From an uncultured bacterium (lineage in GTDB: Bacteria; Hydrothermota; Tepidihabitantia; B3-TA06), in contig CAZUXE010000001.1 in the NCBI GenBank assembly GCA_964624585.1, forward strand, positions 39,365 to 103,364: DNA of 64,000 nucleotides. The letters run 5' to 3'. Shown piece after piece: positions 28,492 through 37,577 of this stretch. Both the position numbers and the translations under genes were made by a program. The notes beneath the pieces were generated by a model. It was not told the origin of the DNA. It worked only from the letters and a program-made list of their open reading frames with translations, and did no database searches. How positions within the stretch are numbered: position 1 is the stretch's first letter; every line of letters begins with the position of its first letter.

Positions 28492-31067
28492 AGTCAAGTG
28501 AACTTCGCGAAGCGTTTTTACATTTTTTTACACAACAAGAACATACTTTGGTTCCATCAGCCCCTTTGGTACCTAAAAATGACCCAACTTTGCTTTTCAA
28601 TGTGGCTGGAATGGTGCAGTTCAAACCGCTTTGGGCCGGACTTCGTGAACCACTGCCCTACACTCGTGCAACTTCAGTTCAGAAATGCTTGCGACTCAAT
28701 GATATAGACCTTGTTGGTACAGATGCAACTCACGACACATTTTTTGAAATGCTGGGCAATTTTTCCTTTGGTGACTATCAGAAGCGTGAGGCAATTCGCT
28801 ACGCTTGGGATTTTATAACTACCGTTATGCACCTTCCTGTTGAACGTTTATGGGTAACTGTGCATGAGACAGATGACGAAGCTGCTTTACTGTGGGAAAA
28901 GGAAGTTGGATTTCCCGCCAAGCGTATAGTAAGAATGGGCGATGAGGATAATTTTTGGGGACCTGCAGGCGGAAAAGGCCCTTGCGGAACTTCATCAGAG
29001 ATATTCTGGGATATTAAACACGATGGCTCTGCAGGCCCAGGGCCTGCAGAAGACAAAAATGAACGTTACACAGAGATATGGAACTTGGTTTTTCCTCAAT
29101 TTGATCATCAGGAAAATGGCTCCAGACCTCTGTTGAAATACCGTGGCATTGATACCGGTGCCGGACTTGAACGAATGCTGATGGCTGTTCGAAATGTCTC
29201 CAGCATTTTTCACACCGATTTGTTCAAGCCCCTTATGGAAGTTGCGGCTGATACTGTAGGTGTAAAGATATCTACCGATACATGGGAAGCTTTAGCAATT
29301 ACAGCAGATCACGTACGTGCCGTTACTTTTGTCATAGCCGAAGGAGTTAGGCCATCGAATACCAAACAGGGTTATGTGGTACGTCGGCTTTTGCGCAGGG
29401 CGCTAGGTGCGCTTTATCCTTTTGGGATAGAAAAACCATTACTTTACCGTATGTCAGGACAAGTTGTTGAACAAATGCGCCACGTTTACCCTGAACTTGA
29501 AGAGCGTCGCGAACAGGTAGCGCTTATGATAAAAGGGGAAGAGGAACGCTTTCTTAAAACCCTTGAGCAAGGGATGCGACTTTTTGAAGATACCGCCCAT
29601 TCAGGAGTAATAGCGGGCGTTGATGCCTTTAAGCTTTATGATACTTTTGGTTTTCCAATAGATTTAACCAAAATGCTGGCCAAACACAGAGACATTAAAG
29701 TTGACATTACCGGTTTTGATAAGGCTATGCAGGAACAGCGTGAGAAATCACGCGCTTCATCGTTTGCCACAGAAACTAAAACCACACTTGATACAAGCTC
29801 TGCCGGAAAGTTTGTTGGTTATACATCAACAGAGCTTGAAACTACTATCCTTTCTACAATTAAGACAGATGGTGCAGAAATTATTATAAGTCTGGAGGAG
29901 AATCCATTCTACGCTGAATCGGGCGGACAGCTTGGTGATACGGGAAAAATAGTCGGCAAGGATTTTGAAATTCAAATTACCGATACAACTTATAATCAGG
30001 CAGGTGCAAGAACTCTACACGGGGAATTTATCAAAGGTAAACCTTTGCAAGAGCTTGCGGGAATGAAGGTTAGGGCAATAGTTAACATTGCTCGTCGTCG
30101 TGAAATAGAGCGAGCGCATACGGCTACACACCTTTTGCATTCTGCACTACGCAAAGTTTTAGGTGAACACGTAAAACAGGAAGGTTCTTTGGTAGAACCC
30201 GGTAGACTGCGTTTTGATTTCTACCATCCATCTCCCATGACGCCTGAAGAGCTGACCGAAGTTGAACGTATAGTCTACAATTGGATAATTGGCAACCATG
30301 CTTTAGTTGTTAGAGAAATGGACAAGAAAGATGCTGAAGCTAAAGGAGCCTTAGCCTTCTTTGGCGAAAAGTACGGTGACCGGGTTAGAGTAGTTTCCAT
30401 ACCCGGAATATCAACCGAACTCTGCGGCGGCACTCATCTTAGAGCTACAGGAGAGACAGGCATGTTCCTTATCATTGCAGAAACCGGAGTAGCCGCAGGA
30501 ATAAGACGAATTGAAGCTTTAGTCGGACTAAGGGCATGGAAACAAATGCGCCACCTGCGCTCTATACTTGCAGAAACCTCTTTGCTTGCAGGTACCGACT
30601 CATCTAAGCTTCCCAAAAAGCTTGCAGAACTCAAACAGAAGATTTCTGAAGATTCAAAGATGCGTGAACGAATTACCAGACATTTGGTACAGATACTCTC
30701 AGAACGCATTCTTTCAGAATCCTACACTGTTAAAGATACTTACTTTGTATCGGCAAAACTTGATGAGGCCTTAGGACGTGAGGGTTTAAGGTTTCTAGCC
30801 GACGCCTTAAAAACGCATCGAGAACGTATTGTGGGGCTTTTAACTATTCCTGATAAAAAAGGACGTATGGCGGTATTGTGTTTTGCTTCTAAATCCGTGG
30901 CCAAAAACTATTCTGCAGGCGATATGCTTAAAAAAGTTGCGGCAAAATTTAAGGGCGGCGGCGGCGGCTCAGCAACACTTGCCGAAGGCTCTATTACTGA
31001 AACTTCACTAGATAACCTGAAAACCGTGTTTTTAGCTGAAATCCAGCGTCGCTCCAAAGAAAAATGA
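28488..31067 (+). CDS. alaS: Alanine--tRNA ligase
   Basis: Class-II aaRS motifs (FTQQEHTLVPSAPLVPKNDPTLLFNVAGMVQFKP). Editing-domain HxxxH...CGGTH (HTATHLLH...CGGTHL). C-terminal DHHA1 domain GGGG. Confidence 0.95.
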   Translation: MKSSELREAFLHFFTQQEHTLVPSAPLVPKNDPTLLFNVAGMVQFKPLWAGLREPLPYTRATSVQKCLRLNDIDLVGTDATHDTFFEMLGNFSFGDYQKREAIRYAWDFITTVMHLPVERLWVTVHETDDEAALLWEKEVGFPAKRIVRMGDEDNFWGPAGGKGPCGTSSEIFWDIKHDGSAGPGPAEDKNERYTEIWNLVFPQFDHQENGSRPLLKYRGIDTGAGLERMLMAVRNVSSIFHTDLFKPLMEVAADTVGVKISTDTWEALAITADHVRAVTFVIAEGVRPSNTKQGYVVRRLLRRALGALYPFGIEKPLLYRMSGQVVEQMRHVYPELEERREQVALMIKGEEERFLKTLEQGMRLFEDTAHSGVIAGVDAFKLYDTFGFPIDLTKMLAKHRDIKVDITGFDKAMQEQREKSRASSFATETKTTLDTSSAGKFVGYTSTELETTILSTIKTDGAEIIISLEENPFYAESGGQLGDTGKIVGKDFEIQITDTTYNQAGARTLHGEFIKGKPLQELAGMKVRAIVNIARRREIERAHTATHLLHSALRKVLGEHVKQEGSLVEPGRLRFDFYHPSPMTPEELTEVERIVYNWIIGNHALVVREMDKKDAEAKGALAFFGEKYGDRVRVVSIPGISTELCGGTHLRATGETGMFLIIAETGVAAGIRRIEALVGLRAWKQMRHLRSILAETSLLAGTDSSKLPKKLAELKQKISEDSKMRERITRHLVQILSERILSESYTVKDTYFVSAKLDEALGREGLRFLADALKTHRERIVGLLTIPDKKGRMAVLCFASKSVAKNYSAGDMLKKVAAKFKGGGGGSATLAEGSITETSLDNLKTVFLAEIQRRSKEK

Positions 31068-31756
31068 ATATATTAGCCGTTCTCCTAAGTATTTTTGCAG
31101 GATTTTCTGACCCTGTTATTCCTGATGGTGAACGACTCATCTACCAAGGTTATGACGCAGGTAACCAAACTTCAAGAGAAATAGTTCACGTAGTTCACGA
31201 TAAAGGCAATTATTACTATTCAGAGCATGAACATATCGACAGCACACAAATTAAAGTTAGGTATTGGATCCGCAAACAGGATTTCTCCACAATTAAAATT
31301 ATAAAAAATCGCTCAGGACGCCTTCAGCTTACTGTAGAACAAGTTCCTTCGGGTATAAAAGTAACAGATGGATTCAAGAATAAAGAGTCAAATCTTAAAT
31401 ATTCTGGTCGTTTTTATGATAGGCACAGTCTGTTTGATGTCTTTCGGGCCTATCCATTTAACAAACCGGTTGATATGGAATTTCCGCTTTTTGAATCAAC
31501 CCTTGGAACGCTTATCACTGGAACCTGTACTTATGGCGGAATTCACAAAATTAAGACCAAGCTTGGTACGTTCCGCTGCTATAAAATAACCCTGGGGTTC
31601 AAAAACAATCTCTTAGCTGCAGTTTACAAAATGTTAACTGCAGACCGAAGCTTTGATTTTTATTACGAACTTGCAAAGCCTCACCGTATGATATATTGGA
31701 CAGACAATAAAAAAAGCTATATGGAATTAAAAAGAATTGAAAGTGAGGGGAAGTGA
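31064..31756 (+). CDS. Hypothetical secreted protein
   Basis: Signal peptide. Translationally coupled to alaS (ATGA overlap) and to scpB. No recognisable motif. Confidence 0.4.
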   Translation: MNILAVLLSIFAGFSDPVIPDGERLIYQGYDAGNQTSREIVHVVHDKGNYYYSEHEHIDSTQIKVRYWIRKQDFSTIKIIKNRSGRLQLTVEQVPSGIKVTDGFKNKESNLKYSGRFYDRHSLFDVFRAYPFNKPVDMEFPLFESTLGTLITGTCTYGGIHKIKTKLGTFRCYKITLGFKNNLLAAVYKMLTADRSFDFYYELAKPHRMIYWTDNKKSYMELKRIESEGK

Positions 31757-32472
31757 ACGAAAGTTGGCAAATTATAGAGGCGCTCTTGTTTGCCTCACCA
31801 GAGGTTCTTTCAACCAAAAAACTGGCTAACGCGGCTGACTTAAGTTCTTCGGAAGTTGAAGCCTGTATTGAAAAGCTCAACCGTGACTATCACCAATACG
31901 AAAGGGCGTTTCACATACGCAAGGTAGCAGGAGGTTGGCAAATGACCACACTTGCGAGATTTGCGCCATGGATTGGTCGACTTCTTTCAAAAAAATCCCG
32001 CGCTAGGCTCTCTAAAGCTGCATTAGAAACCCTAGCGGTTATTGCGCATCGTCAACCAATTAATAAACCTGATATAGACCAAGCGCGTGGCATTGAATCA
32101 TCATACATTATTGCAGCCCTAATGGAGCGCAAGCTTATACGCATCAAGGGACGCGATAAACGCGCCGGACATCCCTATGTTTATGCAACTACACCCAGGT
32201 TCCTTGAATTTTTTGGCCTTAACTCTTTGAACGATTTGCCCGACCTTGAGGAACCCTCTGTAAAGGAAGAAGATATTATCCCCATTGAGGAAGATAGTGA
32301 GGAAACCATTTTTAATCAAGAAGCTGACGAATCGCATCGATTGACAAATACAGAAAATGCGAATATAGCTTCAGACGCTTTGGCAGCTATAGGTTACCGT
32401 ATAGAAAAACACGATGCGGAACCGAAGGTGCTTGAAAATCAGGATTCCAAAGATGAAACCACAGAAACCTGA
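31753..32472 (+). CDS. scpB: Segregation and condensation protein B
   Basis: Tandem winged-helix ScpB blocks (IIEALLFASPEVLSTKKLA...; LSKAALETLAVIAHRQPINKPDIDQARG...). GTG start. Acidic C-terminal tail. Confidence 0.8.
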   Translation: MNESWQIIEALLFASPEVLSTKKLANAADLSSSEVEACIEKLNRDYHQYERAFHIRKVAGGWQMTTLARFAPWIGRLLSKKSRARLSKAALETLAVIAHRQPINKPDIDQARGIESSYIIAALMERKLIRIKGRDKRAGHPYVYATTPRFLEFFGLNSLNDLPDLEEPSVKEEDIIPIEEDSEETIFNQEADESHRLTNTENANIASDALAAIGYRIEKHDAEPKVLENQDSKDETTET

Positions 32473-32983
32473 AGACTTGCAGGCTTTAATTATCTGCGGC
32501 CTGCTTTCTGTAGAAAGCGATTTATTGAAGAACATTGAACCGGAACTCCAAGAAGTATTCGGTAAAGTGGCTTTGCGTAGCGAGCCTGTGCCTTTTGAGT
32601 GGACAGATTATTACAATACTGAAATGGGCAACGGTATTTTGCGAAAATGGTTGCTTTTTTCAGCGCCTTTGAACCTTGTGGAATCGTGGAAGTATAAATT
32701 GATTACCTGTGAAATTGAAGATAGGTATCGTATAAACGGCAAACGACGTATAAATATTGATCCAGGTTTTATCCGTCTTGATGGATTGTGGCTTTTAACC
32801 ACTAAATCGGCAGGACACAGGGCATATCTTGATAAGGGGATATGGATTGAATTAACTTTAAGGTTTCTTCGTGAACATTGTGAGGAATTGCCATGGACAT
32901 ATCCCGATCATCGCCCTGCCCAAATACAAGCTTTTTTTATGAAAACCCGCAATCTGCTTAAAAAATCTCTCAATTCTCTGTAA
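32453..32983 (+). CDS. Conserved hypothetical protein (possibly DUF4416-like)
   Basis: Start placed at the internal ATG (MKPQKPEDL...), overlapping scpB by 20 nt. No catalytic motif recognised. Confidence 0.35.
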   Translation: MKPQKPEDLQALIICGLLSVESDLLKNIEPELQEVFGKVALRSEPVPFEWTDYYNTEMGNGILRKWLLFSAPLNLVESWKYKLITCEIEDRYRINGKRRINIDPGFIRLDGLWLLTTKSAGHRAYLDKGIWIELTLRFLREHCEELPWTYPDHRPAQIQAFFMKTRNLLKKSLNSL

Positions 32984-32985
32984 TT

Positions 32986-33369
32986 ATGTTTGAAACAGAA
33001 GTTACCGTCGCTTTTGAATTTAGTCATCACCTTGAAGGTTTTGACATCCGTTTCGCTAAAGAACATCAACACACATGGAATATCACGGTAACCATAGCTA
33101 CTCCTGATGTTGATTGGCGTGGGGTAGGTGTAGACTTTGTAAAACTTAAACAGGAATTAGCTACGCTTCTTGCTCCATATCAAAACAAGCTCCTCAATGA
33201 ATCTGACCTACCGTTTTGCTCTCAACCTACCGCTGAACATATTGCTCTATGGGTTGCAGATAAAATGTCGTACCACTACCCACACCTAATAAAATCAGTT
33301 ACAGTAGGTACTGTTGAGGAACGTGCGCGTTTCATTGTTCCTCAAGATCCCAAATATCAACAACACTGA
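32986..33369 (+). CDS. 6-pyruvoyl-tetrahydropterin synthase-like (QueD/PTPS fold) protein
   Basis: Pattern FEFSHHLEG...EHQHTW matches the F-x-AAH-L...HGH-x-W zinc-binding signature of the PTPS/QueD family, with HQH in place of HGH. Confidence 0.4.
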   Translation: MFETEVTVAFEFSHHLEGFDIRFAKEHQHTWNITVTIATPDVDWRGVGVDFVKLKQELATLLAPYQNKLLNESDLPFCSQPTAEHIALWVADKMSYHYPHLIKSVTVGTVEERARFIVPQDPKYQQH

Positions 33370-33528
33370 AGGCGTTAAATATAGTTTGCCTGCCCATACA
33401 TATCAACCGCTTTAATCAATTAAGAAAGTATTTCAATCCACTAGCTGATATTTACAAACTCCAAAACCTACAGGCTCCATACGAATATCCCTGATGTCCC
33501 TGAATTTGTAACAGCCTAGAGCTTAGAC

Positions 33529-35019
33529 TTACTTTACAGCTCTAAACGTAAATTTGATGGTCTTATTTGTATTATCCATCCCCGCAATCAAAGCCTTCAT
33601 TTTCAAGGCATCCAGCAATGGGAAAAGCTTCTCTTCAACGGCCTCTGGTGTGGCTTTTGATGTTCTGTCAGCAGCGTAGAGCATATATTCCTTAAGTTCA
33701 TCCTTAAACAATGACCAGTTGACATAGGCAACAGGGTTTTTGATGTCTGCAGATTTGCAAAAATCCCCAAACTCATCCGAGGTTTCTATAGATGCTTGCT
33801 TGGCGTTAAGCTGCCAGCCAAGCAGTAAGGAATCGTCTGCAACAGTAAGGAAGTTGTCCTTATAAATATATGTTATGGCAGGATAGACGTCTCCAAAACC
33901 AAAATAGTTAGCCTCCGTACCTATGCAACTTACTGACATTTGGTCAGCGTAAGGAAAGAGCCATGACATCAAGGCATCACAACTTTTGGCCGATTTAACG
34001 GACTCTGCTTTCAATGAAAGTAGCCAGCTTGCAGGACAATACCACTTATCAGCATCCCAGCCCTGCATAATGAATAGAACCTCATCACCGAGGTCTATGG
34101 CCAACTGGTTGATTTCCTTCTCAGTATTGATATCGCCAAACGGATTATTTTTCTTTACAGAAAGTAGTCCGGCTTCCTTCCATGCTTTATAGGCATTAAC
34201 ACCTGTTAGTTTGATGAAGCAGATGACGTCTGCCGGAACAATTTTGTAATCACGCGGTGGTTTCGCTTTGGCAATATAGCTTCCCAATACACCTGAAGGA
34301 TTATCAAATTCAACGCAGGCTTTTATTCCCAAAACATCTTTACTAATGCGCCACCTTGCTTGTGAATAAATCAGGTATTTCCCGTGATTATACGTAAGTC
34401 CATAAGCCAACGCGTCAGAAGCGTTATTTTCGTTATTAGGAAAAGCTATCTTTTCTTTTAATGTTGTTGAAGCTGCTATTTTTGCAGCCTTGGCAAGTAG
34501 GTTTTCAGAAGAGGCTAACCAGAAATAGTCACCTGCAAATAATATAGCCAAACCATCCTTATCAACAGCGCAAGGAAACCCTGAAATATTCTTTTCTTCA
34601 CCTTTGGCCAATATGGTCTTCCATACAAGCTTTACTGTCCACTTAGGTTGAGAGATAAGTAGAAAATCGTTCTTCCCGTATTGAGCGTAAATGAAACGTT
34701 TGCCAAGAATATCCCAGAAACGACCATGGGTTTTCTTCTCAATCTTTTCTATTGTTCTTAGACTGTAGAAATCTTTCTGAACACCTACTTTTTTGGCTTG
34801 ACGCCCAAGTTCTGAACCTTTATACAGCTTACTTATTTCTGCAAAATCAGCGGCAACAATGTAGCTTTCCGCGCCTTTTGGCAGCAGTTCCTCCAAGGCT
34901 CCCACTTCACGTTCTAAATTAGGAGTGCTGAATATGCACGCAAAGGCTACGCCGCTTCCTATTACAAGCGCCACCAAGATTCCTATTCCTATAATAATTC
35001 TTTTAACAGCTTTTTTCAT
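33529..35019 (-). CDS. Hypothetical periplasmic/membrane-anchored protein, last gene of the alpha-2-macroglobulin operon
   Basis: N-terminal TM/signal anchor (IIIGIGILVALVIGSGVAFA). ~470-aa soluble region with no recognised motif. Overlaps the upstream gene by 4 nt. Confidence 0.4.
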   Translation of the reverse strand: MKKAVKRIIIGIGILVALVIGSGVAFACIFSTPNLEREVGALEELLPKGAESYIVAADFAEISKLYKGSELGRQAKKVGVQKDFYSLRTIEKIEKKTHGRFWDILGKRFIYAQYGKNDFLLISQPKWTVKLVWKTILAKGEEKNISGFPCAVDKDGLAILFAGDYFWLASSENLLAKAAKIAASTTLKEKIAFPNNENNASDALAYGLTYNHGKYLIYSQARWRISKDVLGIKACVEFDNPSGVLGSYIAKAKPPRDYKIVPADVICFIKLTGVNAYKAWKEAGLLSVKKNNPFGDINTEKEINQLAIDLGDEVLFIMQGWDADKWYCPASWLLSLKAESVKSAKSCDALMSWLFPYADQMSVSCIGTEANYFGFGDVYPAITYIYKDNFLTVADDSLLLGWQLNAKQASIETSDEFGDFCKSADIKNPVAYVNWSLFKDELKEYMLYAADRTSKATPEAVEEKLFPLLDALKMKALIAGMDNTNKTIKFTFRAVK

Positions 35020-35618
35020 AAAGCCTCCTGTATAATCAGCTTAAAAAGACTATCCCTTCCAAGCTTTTCAATAGTTTTTTCAACTAGACTCGCAGCTGAC
35101 AGATAGCCGCGTTTTAATTGCAATGTATCGCTTGATGCAAGCAATTTCTTTATCTTCACAATATCCTCTGTCAAATCGTCAATATCCACATTGGCAGATA
35201 GTCCTTGAACTTCTCCAGAACAGACGACTGCCAGGCCTTCATTCATCCACAACGGAAGTTTGTAGGGACTAAGAACAAGATGCAGGTATTCGTGGGTTAT
35301 AACTTGTTCTGTAATTCCTCGTTTTTCCAGCACTCTAAAAGGTTGAAGAGTCAATTCACCGTTTATAACCGCAGCTCCTTGCCAGATGGAGCATCCGGTT
35401 AAAGCTCTGAAATCGCCTGAGGTGGCTGCAATTTTTACAACCACTGGTGAAGCAACTGGTTTAAGTCCTGAGAAGTCATAAACCCTTGCTTCAGCTCTTC
35501 TTAATACATTAACTAAGCTTGATATTTCAGAATTTACCGGACGCTCATTAGCTGTAATTATTAGCCAATTTTCAACAGGAATAACAGCGCTCAGTAATAC
35601 AAAAATCATGCCTACCAT
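35016..35618 (-). CDS. Putative zinc metallopeptidase (peptidase_MA-like: HExxH ... EGLA)
   Basis: Signal peptide. ITHEYLHLVLSPYKLPLWMNEGLAVV gives HEXXH plus a downstream Glu in an EGLA context, as in MA-clan 'peptidase_MA_2' proteins. Confidence 0.45.
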   Translation of the reverse strand: MVGMIFVLLSAVIPVENWLIITANERPVNSEISSLVNVLRRAEARVYDFSGLKPVASPVVVKIAATSGDFRALTGCSIWQGAAVINGELTLQPFRVLEKRGITEQVITHEYLHLVLSPYKLPLWMNEGLAVVCSGEVQGLSANVDIDDLTEDIVKIKKLLASSDTLQLKRGYLSAASLVEKTIEKLGRDSLFKLIIQEAL

Positions 35619-36655
35619 TTTTGAACCTCAGTACCTGGATAGTAATAAGTCAAAATTTCCCTATAATCATATCCTGCATCAGCCATTCCTTTTGCACCCC
35701 ATTGGGAAAGTCCAACCCCATGCCCAAGCCCCCTGCCTTTGAAAACATAAACCTTACCCACACGTTCAACCTTAAACCATGAACTTTTTAGTGAGTTCCA
35801 TCCCAGCTTTTGACAAACAAGCATCCGAAAATTCCAACCGCCGAACACCCGTTTTTCCTGTCTGTATTTTACAGCAATCTCTTTGACTCTTCCATCAGGA
35901 TAGGTAGATAACACTTTTAAGTCGCTTATACCCTCAAAGCCCAGCACTTGGGCGATTTTGTGCGCAGGAATATTTCTTTCCCAACGGTAATGTGGAGATT
36001 TTTTGCAAAAGGAATCCTGAACTGAAATCAAGTAAGGTGCGCATTCATCTGGCCAAATGAATGCAGCGTTTGCAGTGCTTCCTCCTGAAGTAGAATGATA
36101 GAAAATTCTACAAGGTTTATTATGATAGGTTAAAATCATCCCTTCCGTCTCTTTTACAGCTTTCAGGCTTGCAGAGCTTACCGTTTGCCTACCGCGATAA
36201 GATTGACAATGTGTCAGATCGCAAACATCCCAAGCTTCTCTTTCGTGGCGCTTTCTCTTTTCATATATAAAGGTTCTTGCAAGCACAGCCTGGGCTTTCA
36301 ATGCCTCAATTCCAGCGTTCGGAAGCATTTCTGCGCCAACAACTGAAGCAAGGTAATTCGTCTTGTCAACAGAATTCAAGAGCAGTAATTCTCCATCGTG
36401 AACCCTTGCCTTAAGCCAACCATCGTAATTACGCGACTTCGCCTTCCATTCTACCGTGAAACCTTTTGTTTCTAAAGTATAGGTATCAAGAAAGGCTCCA
36501 TTCACAAGTAACTTGTTTTGCTTCACTTGCAAGGTATCTTCGCTCTCTTCTGCTCTAATAACAGCTTTTTTTAGATGATATGAGGAAAGGATATCTATCT
36601 TAATCAGACCCGATGCCGCAAAAATTGCAAGTAGCTGAAGAATAATGTTAGTCAC
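35612..36655 (-). CDS. SpoIID/LytB-domain protein (peptidoglycan lytic transglycosylase / amidase enhancer family)
   Basis: Conserved SpoIID block (QAVLARTFIYEKRKRHEREAWDVCDLTHCQSYRG). Confidence 0.75.
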   Translation of the reverse strand: MTNIILQLLAIFAASGLIKIDILSSYHLKKAVIRAEESEDTLQVKQNKLLVNGAFLDTYTLETKGFTVEWKAKSRNYDGWLKARVHDGELLLLNSVDKTNYLASVVGAEMLPNAGIEALKAQAVLARTFIYEKRKRHEREAWDVCDLTHCQSYRGRQTVSSASLKAVKETEGMILTYHNKPCRIFYHSTSGGSTANAAFIWPDECAPYLISVQDSFCKKSPHYRWERNIPAHKIAQVLGFEGISDLKVLSTYPDGRVKEIAVKYRQEKRVFGGWNFRMLVCQKLGWNSLKSSWFKVERVGKVYVFKGRGLGHGVGLSQWGAKGMADAGYDYREILTYYYPGTEVQKW

Positions 36656-37574
36656 CGTGTCTCCGATGGAAATAATCGGAAATTACCATTCCCGCAATCT
36701 TTGCCGCATCCTTGCCTTCGCCTCTTTCCAAAAAAACCACAACGGCAATTTGGGGTTCCTCGAAGGGTGCGAACCCTGCAAACCATCCGTAAGTTCGCCA
36801 TGAACCAAGTACGGTTGAAGAACCTGTTTTACCGGCTACATTTACTTCGGCTATGTCGGCGTTTTTGCCGGTACCTGAACGTACTGCATCCCTTAAGAAC
36901 AATCTGATGTCTGCAAGACAGCTTTTTTCAGAAAAACTTGCAAGAATTTGCTGACCGCCTGGCTCAAGGTGAGGTCTTAGAAATTCGCCACCTTTGGCTA
37001 CTCCTGAAATCATAGCCAACATAGCAACAGGCGTCAACTGTAAGGCTGAACCCTGACCTATTGCAAATGCTAGTTTGGCTGAATCGTTTGCAGGAATTTG
37101 GACAATACTAGCAAGTTCCGACGGTAGGTTAACACCAACTTTGTTATTCAACCCCAAAGAGAAGTATATATCCGCTAACTCTTGCGGCTTCAGTTTATAG
37201 GCAAGATTTTGAAAATAGAGATTGCATGATGCTAACAGAGCGCGATGGAAATCCACTTTTCCGTGACCACCGCGTAATGAACATTTTAATGTATCTCCTT
37301 TCAGAAACCTATCGCCTGTACCTATTTCAAATCCCTTGCATACAAAGTTTTGGGAAAAATCAACACCTGCCTTTGCTGCCGCCATACTAGTGAGTATTTT
37401 GGCAACTGAACCAGGAGGATATCGGTGCGCAAACAGTATATCGCTATCGGTTGCCACAATAAGTCTTCCATTTCTTAAATCCATAACAGCCACAGCGCCT
37501 TTATTAGCAACTAATTCCGCACAACGTTCGCTAAAGGTTACCCCGACAGCTATAAAGAGAAGTAATAGATTCAC
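36648..37574 (-). CDS. Monofunctional penicillin-binding transpeptidase-fold protein (class-D beta-lactamase / PBP-TP-like)
   Basis: The three active-site motifs of serine penicillin-recognising enzymes appear in order and at the right spacing: SVAK (SxxK), SCN (SxN), KTGSS (KTG). Only 308 aa; no glycosyltransferase domain. Confidence 0.6.
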   Translation of the reverse strand: MNLLLLFIAVGVTFSERCAELVANKGAVAVMDLRNGRLIVATDSDILFAHRYPPGSVAKILTSMAAAKAGVDFSQNFVCKGFEIGTGDRFLKGDTLKCSLRGGHGKVDFHRALLASCNLYFQNLAYKLKPQELADIYFSLGLNNKVGVNLPSELASIVQIPANDSAKLAFAIGQGSALQLTPVAMLAMISGVAKGGEFLRPHLEPGGQQILASFSEKSCLADIRLFLRDAVRSGTGKNADIAEVNVAGKTGSSTVLGSWRTYGWFAGFAPFEEPQIAVVVFLERGEGKDAAKIAGMVISDYFHRRHGD

Positions 37575-37577
37575 AAA